A stretch of DNA of 63,993 bases, filler included, from Basidiobolus ranarum (Eukaryota): NCBI GenBank assembly GCA_040143965.1. It is 4 parts of 4 records of this genome, joined end to end, with 100 filler letters (N's around TTAATTAATTAA, not from the genome) between each part and the next. Parts side by side here need not be neighbours in the genome. Positions count along the whole stretch, not along the records: positions 1 to 16,837 come from JASJQH010000328.1; 3 more parts are not named here. One strand, given 5' to 3'. Under the pieces are notes generated by a model. The model saw nothing but the letters and a program-made list of their open reading frames with translations, had not been told where the DNA came from and did no database searches. Below are positions 1-10,551 of the stretch, piece by piece. A program made the position numbers and the translations under genes. How positions within the stretch are numbered: position 1 is the first letter of the stretch; every line of letters starts with the position of its first letter.

Positions 1-146
1 TGACAGACTAGGTTAAGGTTCCCTAGCAATATAGGCATAGCATACAAGGACTGGTAGCTCAGTGGTTAGAGCACCTTGCTAGAGTGAAGGAGGCCCCAGG
101 TTCAAATCCTGCCCAGACCAATATTTCTCCCTAAATAATTTCAACA
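1..146 (-). mobile_element. LTR-like terminus (TGTTGAAATTA on the minus strand) abutting copia pol sequence; contains the tRNA-like sequence
   Basis: 136-146 TAATTTCAACA is the reverse complement of the 11-nt terminus of the LTRs at 566 and 1185. Copia coding sequence follows to the right. Confidence 0.45.
48..120 (+). tRNA. Degenerate tRNA-like sequence (Ala-like body, AGA in the anticodon position, short variable loop); probable pseudogene or element-borne Pol III unit
   Basis: Folds as GGACTGG-TA-GCTCAGTGGTTAGAGC-A-CCTTG-CTAGAGT-GAAGG-AGGCC-CCAGG-TTCAAAT-CCTGC-CCAGACC-A. A box and B box are intact. One mismatch each in the acceptor, anticodon and T stems. Confidence 0.7.
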
Positions 147-565
147 AATATAAGTTATTCCAATTAAGAAACTATTCAATTATGGTATAAGAGATTTGGC
201 CATATTGGATTTGATTATTTGAGCAAAATGATAAAAAATTGCCTAATTTCTGGAATTCAAATTAAACCCTCCCCCCAACTAAAATGAAAATATGTGAGGG
301 TGGAATATATGGAAAACAAGCCAGGCAACCATTCAAGAGCTCTGGTTTAATCAAATCTGACAAAAAACTGGATCTAATTCATTCAGATTTGTGTGGACCT
401 ATGCAAAATTTATATTTAAGCAGAAAAAGATATTTAATCACAGTTTGGATGATTATACAAAATATTCCTGGGTCTACATTTTGGAAAGTGCAGAAAAATC
501 TCTTACAATCTTTAGAGATTTTAAAACACTTGTGAAGACTGAAACTGGAACTAAAATCAAGAAAA
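147..565 (+). mobile_element. Ty1/copia pol remnant: GAG-pre-integrase and integrase N-terminal part, frameshifted
   Basis: Translations give LWYKRFGH, CEGGIYGKQARQPF, LDLIHSDLCGPM and DDYTKYSWVY..FRDFKTLVKTETGTKIK, all copia integrase-region motifs. Confidence 0.9.
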
Positions 566-914
566 TGTTGAAATTAGCATGGCCTAAACACCTATATAGT
601 CATATATAGCTTAGTACTTAGTTATCATATATTTCACCAAGGTATTATTCATTATTCTCAATCATAATTTACTTGGAATATTTTTACCAACTTAGATGTT
701 CTCAGATTTATAGATTTTTCAAAACCTGTGCTAGAAGCCCCAAACTTTGCACACATGTTCCTGGGACCTTCCTTAACACATTCTACATGTTAGTTTGTTT
801 ACATCTTGACAAAACTATAAATGTCAAATTTCTACTCAATAAATCAATAAGTGAAGATCACCAATTTCTCTAATTCTCCAAACCACTTCCAACAGGCTCC
901 AAAATATCACAACA
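566..914 (+). mobile_element. Copia-family LTR lying inside the pol remnant
   Basis: TGTTGAAATTAGC...ACAACA; aligns along its length with the LTRs at 1185-1530 and 48150-48498. Confidence 0.88.
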
Positions 915-1173
915 ACTCCAAAATTCACCAACTATAAAATTTCAAGATAACCAAAGTTGTATTAAATTAGCTAGAAATCTCATGTCTTTTAATAAAAGCA
1001 AATATATAGATATTAGATATCTCTTCATTAGAGGGATTATAGAGAATAAGTTTATTGACTTAACTTATTGTTCTACCAAAGATATGATTGCTGCTATATT
1101 AATCAAACCATTAGCTAGAGAGAAATTTGAGAAATTTAGATCTTCTTTAGGTTTAGTTTATATGACTATTTAG
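915..1173 (+). mobile_element. Ty1/copia RNase H C-terminal remnant
   Basis: PTIKFQDNQSCIKLARN...SKYIDIRYLFIR...DMIAAILIKPLAREKFEKFRSSLGL* is a typical copia RNase H end. Confidence 0.9.
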
Positions 1174-1530
1174 TTGAGGGAGAGTGTTGAAATTAGCATT
1201 GCCTAAGCACCTTTATAGTCATATGTAGCTTAGTATTTGGTTATCTTATACTTCACTAAGATGTTACCTATTATTCTCAACCAGAATTTACTTTGAATAT
1301 TTTCACCAACTTAGAAGTTGTCAGCTATATATATTTTTCAAAATTGTGCTAGAAGCCCCAAACTTTGCATACATGTTTCTGGGATCCTCCTTAACACATT
1401 TTAGGTGTTGATTTGCTTATATCTTGACAAAGGTATAAATGTCAACCTTCAACTCAATAAATCAACAAGTAAAAACCATCAATATCTCTAATTCCAAACC
1501 ACTTGCAACAGGCTCCCAAATACTTTAACA
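1174..1530 (+). mobile_element. Polypurine tract plus 3' LTR (1185-1530) of the copia element
   Basis: GAGGGAGAG directly precedes TGTTGAAA; the LTR ends in TTTAACA. Confidence 0.9.
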
Positions 1531-1659
1531 GATATGGGTTAGAACACAGAACAGCCTGGTCTGCAACCAACTCATAAAAGATATAGCACGTAAATATATC
1601 ATTAATCTTTTACAATGTGAAAGTATACAGAATGAAAGTACTTATTGATACAAAATCAT

Positions 1660-1720
1660 TGCCTACTGCCGGGATTGAACTGGCGACCTTCGGTTTATGA
1701 GACTGAGGCGCTAAGCAGGC
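1660..1720 (-). pseudogene. tRNA-Met(CAT) pseudogene lacking the D arm
   Basis: Minus strand: GCCTGCT-TAGCGCC-TCAGT-CTCATAA-ACCGA-AGGTC-GCCAG-TTCAATC-CCGGC-AGTAGGC-A. The acceptor stem pairs and the anticodon is CAT. The D arm is missing and two stems have A:C mismatches. Confidence 0.75.
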
Positions 1721-2765
1721 TTGTGTGTGCAAATCTCAATTTCCAAAAAATCGGTGATCAAATTCATATTCATTGAGGCTCAGCAGTGTAATGACAACTT
1801 TGGTATTAATCGAGATAGACATAAACTGACTCGATTGAACTCTTTATTTTTCGAAGGAGTCATAGTGAGTACTAAGGTATTGTCACCTATGACCCGGCTG
1901 GTGATATTTATATTGAAATTGATATACTAATAACCTCATGGCACGTTGGAGTGTTAATTTGTATATTTGTATCTGTATGTCATGCTTTATGTAACTGGTA
2001 TTCGTCAAATTAGAAACATCTATTCCATACACTAACTGATTCTGCTTCAAAATAAGGTGAAGTGACCTTTTAACCTAGACAGAAGTAAGTAACTAGAAGC
2101 CATGCTACTCTTATAATATATGGTAAATTCGGGTTCATAAAGAGCTAGACAAAATGGAGATATAAATAGCAGTAGGGAAATAAAGATAGGTTAATTATGA
2201 ATATAAGGTACCTAGAGTTAGATATTCCTAGATGTATGTTGATTTATTGTTGATTTCAAATGGTTTAAAGAATCATTTGTTAGACTTCTGAGTCTATCAC
2301 AGCATGCAGGAACATTACCAAATATAGTTGATGCAAAGAAGTCGTGTGTGTAGAAATGATATATTGGTTGCTTTGGCATGCAGAATATCTTAACAATACT
2401 CGTATATGGCAGAATGTAGGACTAATATATATATATAGAATCTAATTATAGTGAGGATACATGCCAACTAAGGGTCAGTGAGTTCCGAGACATCCATGTT
2501 TAGGCTAGCTAGGAAGCGATGGGGAGATAAGGATCACTTAGTCTAATTGAATCAAACTGTCAAGATTCTCTGACTCTAATTTGCTTTCCATTGACAACAA
2601 CGTTGTTCCTAGCTATAAGATGGAATGACCAGACGCCCAATTTGGGAGATCCCTTATTTGCATTGGCACTTTTGGGTAACGGAGTGTAAATTACGAACGT
2701 TCCATTTGGGCCAAGATAACTTATTTAAATGAACAATGGTGCTGAGTTAACATTTTACAATCATA

Positions 2766-4154
2766 ATGATTACAAGGCGTTTGAAGCTAGCAATTCCACT
2801 CTTGATGATTGCATCCGTTGTTCTCTTCTTCGAGTTCAACGGGTCTTTCAATGCGATACTTCCAGGTAAAGGGTTTACTTTCACCACACCAGAAACACCA
2901 AGCCTTCATACAACCATTCGCTCAGGATTAAACTCGGATTCTTGGATCCCACTGATAATTTCCGAATGTATTGATGGACTAAACAAAGATGCTGCTCCTT
3001 GTATTCAGCAGCGTAATCCAGATTCCAACTTGATAAAAGCTCAAGAGCTTATTTATAAGCCCTTCCGTCTTCGTGTTCCTCGCTTTATTTCGAAGAAGCA
3101 CAAAGACCAATGGCTAGAAGCTGTTAAAGATTTAGATAGATTGAGGATTAGCAATGACATGGAATGGGCAGACTATCCAACTGCCAACGCTCAAAATTTG
3201 GTCTTTGCCAATGCGGTTTATGATGGAAGCCCTCCCCCTGATGAGTGGTCTAATGTAGGTTGTATGAATATTGCAGTTTCACACGATTCATTCCTCCAGA
3301 GCCCAATTCCTGAGACAAAAGCTTTTGATCATGAAACACTGGTTATTGCTACCTCTCCAGATTCGTGGAGCTGGCAGCATTTCTTGGATCGAGTGACAAT
3401 TGTTTGGAGTCAGTCACTATTTGCCATTAACGACCATGATCGAAGCAATAGCAGTATGATTTCTGGTAGAGCTCCGAATTCCCCCTTCGTTGACGAAATG
3501 TATACTATGATGGGGGTCAAGAGCCATGTTCATTATGAAACGGGTAACCGACAGCCACAGTCAGCCAAGAATCTTGTATTCTCGTGTAGAGCCCCGTTGG
3601 TTCATCCATATACTACTCAGAGAGTTTCGGAGATGATGGGTGTTGACCTTCACAAAGTTCCTTTATCCAAGCGTAAGGTTATTTTATACATGTCTCGGAG
3701 TCATGGAGATATTGCCAATAGTGGTAGACAGATTGTTAACGAGGAAGAATTCCTCGAGAGACTCGAGGCACTTATTAAGAAGCGAGGCTTGGGAGAAAAA
3801 TTGGAACTTTTTGATCGTCGAAAGTATTCGAGTGTACAAGACATCATTCAATATCTCACTCAGAATGTGATGGCTATCATTGGTCCACATGGATCAGCTT
3901 TTCACAATGGAAGATTTGCCTCTAGTGATACACTCATCTACGAGTTTATGCCTGATGGACGGTTTCAAAGTTGCTTTTGGGAACAGAGCCATTTATTAGA
4001 GCAGAATTATTTCTCTTACATGGCCAAAAGTTTAAATGATGATAATGACATGCAGATCGTTGAAATGGATGCTGTCATTCAAATTCTCGATGAAAATTTA
4101 GGGAAAGTTCCCAAGCCAACTCTAGTCGAATCATATCCGTGGAAAATTATATAA
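2766..4154 (+). CDS. Glycosyltransferase family 61 (DUF563)-like type II membrane protein, intronless
   Basis: 462-aa ORF with an N-terminal hydrophobic anchor and the motifs WQHFLD, YMSR..RQIVNEEE and IIGPHGSAFHN..YEFMP. Confidence 0.75.
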   Translation: MITRRLKLAIPLLMIASVVLFFEFNGSFNAILPGKGFTFTTPETPSLHTTIRSGLNSDSWIPLIISECIDGLNKDAAPCIQQRNPDSNLIKAQELIYKPFRLRVPRFISKKHKDQWLEAVKDLDRLRISNDMEWADYPTANAQNLVFANAVYDGSPPPDEWSNVGCMNIAVSHDSFLQSPIPETKAFDHETLVIATSPDSWSWQHFLDRVTIVWSQSLFAINDHDRSNSSMISGRAPNSPFVDEMYTMMGVKSHVHYETGNRQPQSAKNLVFSCRAPLVHPYTTQRVSEMMGVDLHKVPLSKRKVILYMSRSHGDIANSGRQIVNEEEFLERLEALIKKRGLGEKLELFDRRKYSSVQDIIQYLTQNVMAIIGPHGSAFHNGRFASSDTLIYEFMPDGRFQSCFWEQSHLLEQNYFSYMAKSLNDDNDMQIVEMDAVIQILDENLGKVPKPTLVESYPWKII

Positions 4155-4360
4155 TGATGTTACAGTCAAACCATGTATTATAGAATTATAGTATGTACTT
4201 TATAACAAAACATATGCATTTACTGAAACTTTTCCTTCAATATAAATATACGCTCCGCAATTGTGCAATGCTATCCGCAGTCTAATTGCAATCGGTTCAA
4301 TTTGAATCCTTTGTATTTATACAGTCTTGAGTACATCAATGAAGAATATTACTACCTCTT

Positions 4361-7300
4361 ATGTCAGATAACATTTATGTTCATGTCAAAGAGCAACGGG
4401 CCAAACGTGAAACTCGTTTAAAAGAGCAACACAACTCTACACAAGTTTCCTTGGTTGGTTATAGCATACAACACTGAGTTACATGAAGGGTCAAATAAAT
4501 CTGCTGGTTATAAGAAAGGTATCCTCACAAGTCAAGTCGACAAAGAAGAACAGATAGGGAAGAAACCTAGAAGCTCAATATCTTTAAGCACTGCTCCCAA
4601 AAGAGTTTATGAAGAAATGGCAAACATTAGGGAGCATGAAGTAGATCCCTTTGAAATTCGTAAGGTAAGCAAAAAGATAGTTTATGAAGATGAGTATCAC
4701 ACTCGTAGATTCAACCGTATACTATCTTCTAAACGCGTTGATGCTTTTTCAAAGAATCACGACATAAACACTGAGGCTAGAAACTGTGCCAAGGCTAGGA
4801 AACAAGTAGAGCTTGAAAAAGAAGAACAAAGAATAAAAAGAAAGATTATCGAAAAAGCTAAAGAAGCTGAGAAAAATGGTCAAAAGCTTGAAACACTGCA
4901 GTCAACTGAGAGAAGCAATTGGGTTGTTGACGCGTACATAGCGGAAACTCGTTCTGAATGGGAAAAGCCAGACAAATGTGATGCTACTTTATGTACAAAA
5001 AATCTCTGGGACGAAGCCTCAGTGAGCAAGGCTTGGGATACAACTTTTCAGAGTAAAGTAACTGACACTCCAAGCGGAAAGTGTAGATCACGTTGGGATG
5101 AGACTCCTGTTAGTACTAATAGGTTTGGAGCTACTCCAGTTGGGAGTGGCGGGTCGATAACTCCCACATCTAATCAATTAGCCCAGCTGATGACCTCTGA
5201 AGTGACGAATGCACTAAGATATGAGGAGACTGATTTAAGAAATCGACCACTATCTGACGAAGAGTTGGACGCGATGTTTCCTTCAAATGGCTATAAAATT
5301 TTGGACCCACCGCCAAGCCATGTACCTATTCGAACTCCTGCACGTAAGTTGACGGCTACACCTAGCCCTATGGTTGGTATGAGTGGTTTTATGATCCAGG
5401 AAGATGATAGAAATCAAACATACGACTTACTCACCGAAATTCCTGGAATATGTAATCTACCCTTCTTCAAGCAAGAAGATATGCAACACTTTGGCAAGTT
5501 TCTCAATAATGTCGATGAAAGCCAAATGTCAGTTGAAGAGTTAAAGGAACGAAAGATCTTACATCTTTTGTTGAAAATCAAAACCGGTACCTCTCCAATT
5601 CGTAAGGCTGCTCTTCGTCAAATTACCGATAGAGCAAGTGAATTCGGTGCTGGACCTCTTTTCAATCAAATTCTTCCCTTGTTGATGTCGCCAACACTCG
5701 AGGACCAACAGCGTCATCTTCTGATTAAAATCATTGATCGCATTCTTTATAAACTAGATGATCTTGTCAGGCCATTTGTTCATAAGATCCTTGTAGTTAT
5801 TGAGCCTCTATTGATTGATGAAAATTACTACACCAGAGTTGAAGGCAGAGAAATCATTAGTAATCTTAGTAAAGCAGCAGGTTTGGCTACCATGATTGCC
5901 ACCATGAGACCGGACATTGATCATATTAATGAATATGTTCGTAACACCACTGCTCATGCATTTCCAGTCGTCGCTTCAGCACTTGGAATTTCATCTCTTT
6001 TGCCATTTTTAAAGGCTGTTTGTAAATCGAAGAAATATTGGCAAGCCCTTCATACTGGTATTAAAATTGTTCAACAAATCGCCATCCTTCTGGGAGGTGA
6101 TGGTAATTTTGATTCGAGAATTCCAGTCTCCTGACGAAGAAATGAAAAAGATTGTCCTTCAAGTAATCAAACAATATGCTTCCACTGATGGAGTGCAATC
6201 TCAATACATCAAAGCGAATATTCTTCCCGAGTTCTTCAAGAACTTTTGGGTCAGAAGGATGGCTCTTGATAGACGCAACTATAAGCAGTTAGTTGAAACA
6301 ACAGTTGAACTGGCTCAAAAGGTTGGTGTAACCGAGATTGTTGGCAGAGTTGTTGAAGATCTTAAGGATGAGTCAGAACCTTACAGGAAGATGGTTATGG
6401 AGGCCATTGAGAAGGTAATTAGTGTATTGGGAGCTGCAGATATTGATACTCATTTAGAGGAAATGCTGATCGATGGTATTCTTTATGCCTTTCAAGAACA
6501 GACAGTTGAAGATGTAGTCATGTTAAATAGATTTGGCACAATAGTCAGTGCTCTCGGTTTACGCGTTCAACACTATCTTCAGCAGATTTGCTCTACCATT
6601 CTTTGGCGCTTGAACAATAAATCGGCTAAAGTTAGACAGCAGGCAGCTGATCTGATTTCTCGTATTGCAATCGTTATGAAAACTTGCGGTGAGGAGAAAT
6701 TGATGAGCCGACTTGGTATTGTATTATATGAGCACCTTGGTGAAGAGTATCCAGAAGTACTTGGATCGATTCTAAGAGCCCTCAAGTCAATTGTGAATGT
6801 CATTGGTATGTCTAGTATAACTCCGCCAATTAAGGATTTATTACCACGTCTCACCCCCATTCTTCGAAATAGGCACGAAAAAGTACAAGAAAACTGTATC
6901 GATCTTGCTGGACGAATTGCCGACCGAGGTGCAGAATTTGTGAGTGCTCATGAATGGATACGGATTTGTTTTGAATTATTAGATTTACTTAATGCGCATA
7001 AAATAGGTATTCGTAGAGCAGCTGTCAATACATTTGGTTACATAGCCAAAGCTATAGGACCTCAGGACGTTTTAGCCGTTCTATTGAACAATTTGAAGGT
7101 TCAAGAACGACAGAATCGTGTGTGTACCACGATCGCTATTGCTATTGTTTCTGAGACTTGTGCGCCCTTTACTGTACTTCCTGGGCTGATGAACGAATAT
7201 CGTGTTCCGGAATTGAATGTCCAGAACGGTGTTCTTAAATCACTCTCTTGGGTATTTGAATACATTGGTGAGATGGGTAAGGATTATATCTACGCGATCA

Positions 7301-7707
7301 CACCTCTTCTTAAAGACGCGCTTGTTGATCGAGATCTTATTCATCGCCAAACCGCGTGTGCCACTATTAAGCACATGGCGTTGGGCGTGTATGGTTTGGG
7401 ATGCGAGGATGCGCTTCTTCATTTACTAAACCATGTATGGGCCAATATTTTCGAGACTTCCCCACATGTCATTAATGCAGTTATGAAAGCAATTGAAGGG
7501 TTGGGAGTGGCGTTAGGGCCGGCGACTATTCTCCAATATATATTACAAGGACTTTTTCATCCCGCCCGCAAAGTACGGGATGTATATTGGAAGATTTACA
7601 ATAGTGTTTACATGGGAGCACAAGACGCGCTCGTACCATTTTATCCAACAATTGAAGATGATGGAAGAAACCATTATCAACGCTGTGAAATGGATTATTT
7701 TATGTAA
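4361..7707 (+). pseudogene. SF3B1: Intronless, disrupted copy of splicing factor SF3B1/HSH155
   Basis: Contains [19 protein letters not shown] and the HEAT repeats ([17 protein letters not shown]). Frameshifts at about 4460 and 6095; the second coincides with a deletion of roughly 90 codons between QQIAILLG and [19 protein letters not shown]. Confidence 0.85.
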
Positions 7708-8586
7708 ATCCCATCTTGTGTGCATTATTCACGATGATTTTCTGTGCCGAAAATCGATAGTTTGAAATATAAAGTGAATATCTATGATGATCAATAACTT
7801 CGATGATGTAATTACTGGCCATCTCCCATTTGGGAATGTGTAGTGAGTTCTTCCCTCCTTGAATGGAAATCTACGTCAACTGAATACCGAAGGTGTTTGT
7901 CATTGCAGATGATGTGAAACAATGATTAGTAAGGACACGGGATAGGTTGGTGGTTTGAAACAATAACAGATGACAGCAGGTGAAATCCCAACTGCCGCAG
8001 ACACCACTAATCCCAACCTTCATAGACTACGGCGATGTAGATGGCGATGGTTATAGATAGCAATGCCCTTGGTTAAGCTTGTTATTCTTTAACTGTTCAT
8101 CTGGATGATGAATCGGGGGTTGGGGTTGGGAAAGTCAATTCAAATTTGCTACGGAATAATTATCTCATCCTCTAAATATCCGAGAAAAATTTGATCGTTC
8201 CCGAATTTTCCGAGTAATCAACAGATTCGGTTCTTAATCCAGCTCAGTCAAGGCAGATTTGGGGGTTTCAATGGATTCAACAAATAAAAGCGAGAGATCT
8301 GCTGAGTTGTATCACATACATATATATTGAGCTATTACCGAATTCATCAAATTAAAAAAAACCCATGGATTTTACTAAGCTTAGTGCTGAGGTATAATTC
8401 AGAAAACGGAGCGGGAACGGGAATGGTAAAGTGAACGTGTTTATTGCTTAGGTGATTCGGTGATTCCGGAGTAAGAAGTTTTCCCGAATTGATAGGTGGA
8501 TAAAGAGTGTAGTTGCAAGGTGATATATAATGCCCTGTTGGGTCTAATGCACCTTGTCGCTCTCCTACATACTTTAATAATACCTC

Positions 8587-9684
8587 ATGATGGACATAAA
8601 GCCGTTGATCACAACGTATTACCTATTTTTCGACAGATTGGCTTTGTACCTGTCTTACATAGAGGTACCATTTCTTTGTCTTGCCTTCGCTCCGTTCTTC
8701 ATTTGGGGCTCGTTACATTGGGCGTTAAAGGTCTCCATTTTATGTGTTGGTGGTGGTTTGTACTATTTTATTCCTCGTTCACGTGATATCATTCGTCCTG
8801 CTTTACCTGTGTTAGCCTGGTTATCTCTGTTTACATCCTGTGGTGATATCCCTATCAGCCTTCGTCCAGGCATTAATGTCACTTTCTTACCCAAAGCAGA
8901 GGTTTTCTTATTCGGTGGTAACTTGTCGGATAAACTTGCTAGTAATACTTCTAACTGGAAGGATATTTTGGCTTGGATTGTGTATGGTGTATTACACTTT
9001 ATTAATGGGTTTATCGCTGTCCCTTTGATGTATTTCCTGGGTCCCAAGGGTACGCTACCCAAGTTCGTTCGTGCTTATGGATATATGAATTTGGCTGGAG
9101 TTGCTACTCAGCTTTTAATTCCCACTGCCTCCCCATGGTATCTATATCTCTACGGATTACAGCCAGCTAACTACGCGATTCATGGAGAGCCAGGAGGTTT
9201 AGCACGTATCGACCAAATACTTAACGTGAATTTGTACGGGAATACCTTTGGTAACTCACCACTTGTATTTGGTGCATTCCCAAGCTTACACAGTGGGTGT
9301 GCAGTGATGATCAACCTATTCCTAGGTCATTTAAAGCCCTACCTCATCCCATTGAACATCTTATATATCGTTTGGATCTGGTGGGCATGTCTTTATTTCC
9401 GACACCACTATTTGATAGACCTTATGGGTGGATTCATCTACGCGTTCACTTGCTTCATCATCGTTTACAAAGGACGTATCGCCCCTCAATGGAATGGCCC
9501 TGTCAAGGGAACTCCAGAGTTGTTGCCTACCTATGTAGGTGATCATCAATATGTTCCACTGGATAATGCCAGTGAGATATTCTCCGATTTAGACTTGGAT
9601 GATAATTGTGAGATGAGTATTGCCATAGATGCACCATCCATGGCTCATCTGGAATTGAATAATAATGTTAATACTAATTGGTAG
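8587..9684 (+). CDS. AUR1: Inositol phosphorylceramide synthase (PAP2 family)
   Basis: Motifs YGVLHF, PTASPWY, GLARID, FGAFPSLHSG and RHHYLIDLMGG; multiple TM segments. Confidence 0.92.
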   Translation: MMDIKPLITTYYLFFDRLALYLSYIEVPFLCLAFAPFFIWGSLHWALKVSILCVGGGLYYFIPRSRDIIRPALPVLAWLSLFTSCGDIPISLRPGINVTFLPKAEVFLFGGNLSDKLASNTSNWKDILAWIVYGVLHFINGFIAVPLMYFLGPKGTLPKFVRAYGYMNLAGVATQLLIPTASPWYLYLYGLQPANYAIHGEPGGLARIDQILNVNLYGNTFGNSPLVFGAFPSLHSGCAVMINLFLGHLKPYLIPLNILYIVWIWWACLYFRHHYLIDLMGGFIYAFTCFIIVYKGRIAPQWNGPVKGTPELLPTYVGDHQYVPLDNASEIFSDLDLDDNCEMSIAIDAPSMAHLELNNNVNTNW

Positions 9685-9951
9685 TAAGTAGGGTTAGGAT
9701 TCATGGATCTTTCATGTATATATACGTGTATTTGTAATATAATGCTTTATTCACTAATTCAAGCATCCATGTGATTCCACCTAAATAAATTCATTGAACT
9801 AATTTATTGATAAAATCTATGGATGTGTTGGAAAGGGTAGGGGTAGGGGCAGGGGGGGTAAAGGGGAACTAGAGAACGGTCGAATGATTAATGAAGTATG
9901 TTTATGAACAATAATGAGGAACCCTAGGATGAATGTACTCACATAGGAAAT

Positions 9952-10551
9952 TCATATCAAATAAGCCAAACTACTAGCGAGATTACCACTTGCACTAGCA
10001 AACATGGTACCTTCGGTTAAAGCGTCTTCCCTTAGTTGTTCCTGAGTTTTCAATCTTCTTCTCAACTCTCCAAATGTTCTCCCTTGAGCTTCCATTAGTT
10101 GTAAAGTTTTCAAACCACTAGAGATGAATAAACCTTGTAGAGAAATACCGAGTTTATTGGAAATTTCCAATTCACTACTAGATATAGAAGTATTATAAGT
10201 AGCACGTAAACTTCCCACCACTTCCTTTCGGTTTCTATATAAACGTGCGGTATCGTCTGGTTCCAATATCCAAAAAAATTCCTCTTTATCTAACTCGAAT
10301 ACCGAACGGAATAATTCGTATTCAAAGTTTAACTTTAACGTGAGTGTGTTATTGGATATAAGTGAGTGAGTTAAGTTACTTGAAGTGGTAATTCGCCAGC
10401 TTGTTTGTCCCTTACTAGTAGGTAATAATACTTCTTCGTTTAAACGAACTGTGGAACGTTGATATTTGTATAATACGTCATGGTTGCTCGTTTTTATCTC
10501 GTACCAAGACTTGAATAGCTTTTTGTTCACTTTTAACGTGGTGAAGCTCAT
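9952..10551 (-). CDS. Hypothetical protein (199 aa)
   Basis: ATG-initiated single-exon ORF with a plausible globular composition; family not recognised. Confidence 0.55.
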   Translation of the reverse strand: MSFTTLKVNKKLFKSWYEIKTSNHDVLYKYQRSTVRLNEEVLLPTSKGQTSWRITTSSNLTHSLISNNTLTLKLNFEYELFRSVFELDKEEFFWILEPDDTARLYRNRKEVVGSLRATYNTSISSSELEISNKLGISLQGLFISSGLKTLQLMEAQGRTFGELRRRLKTQEQLREDALTEGTMFASASGNLASSLAYLI

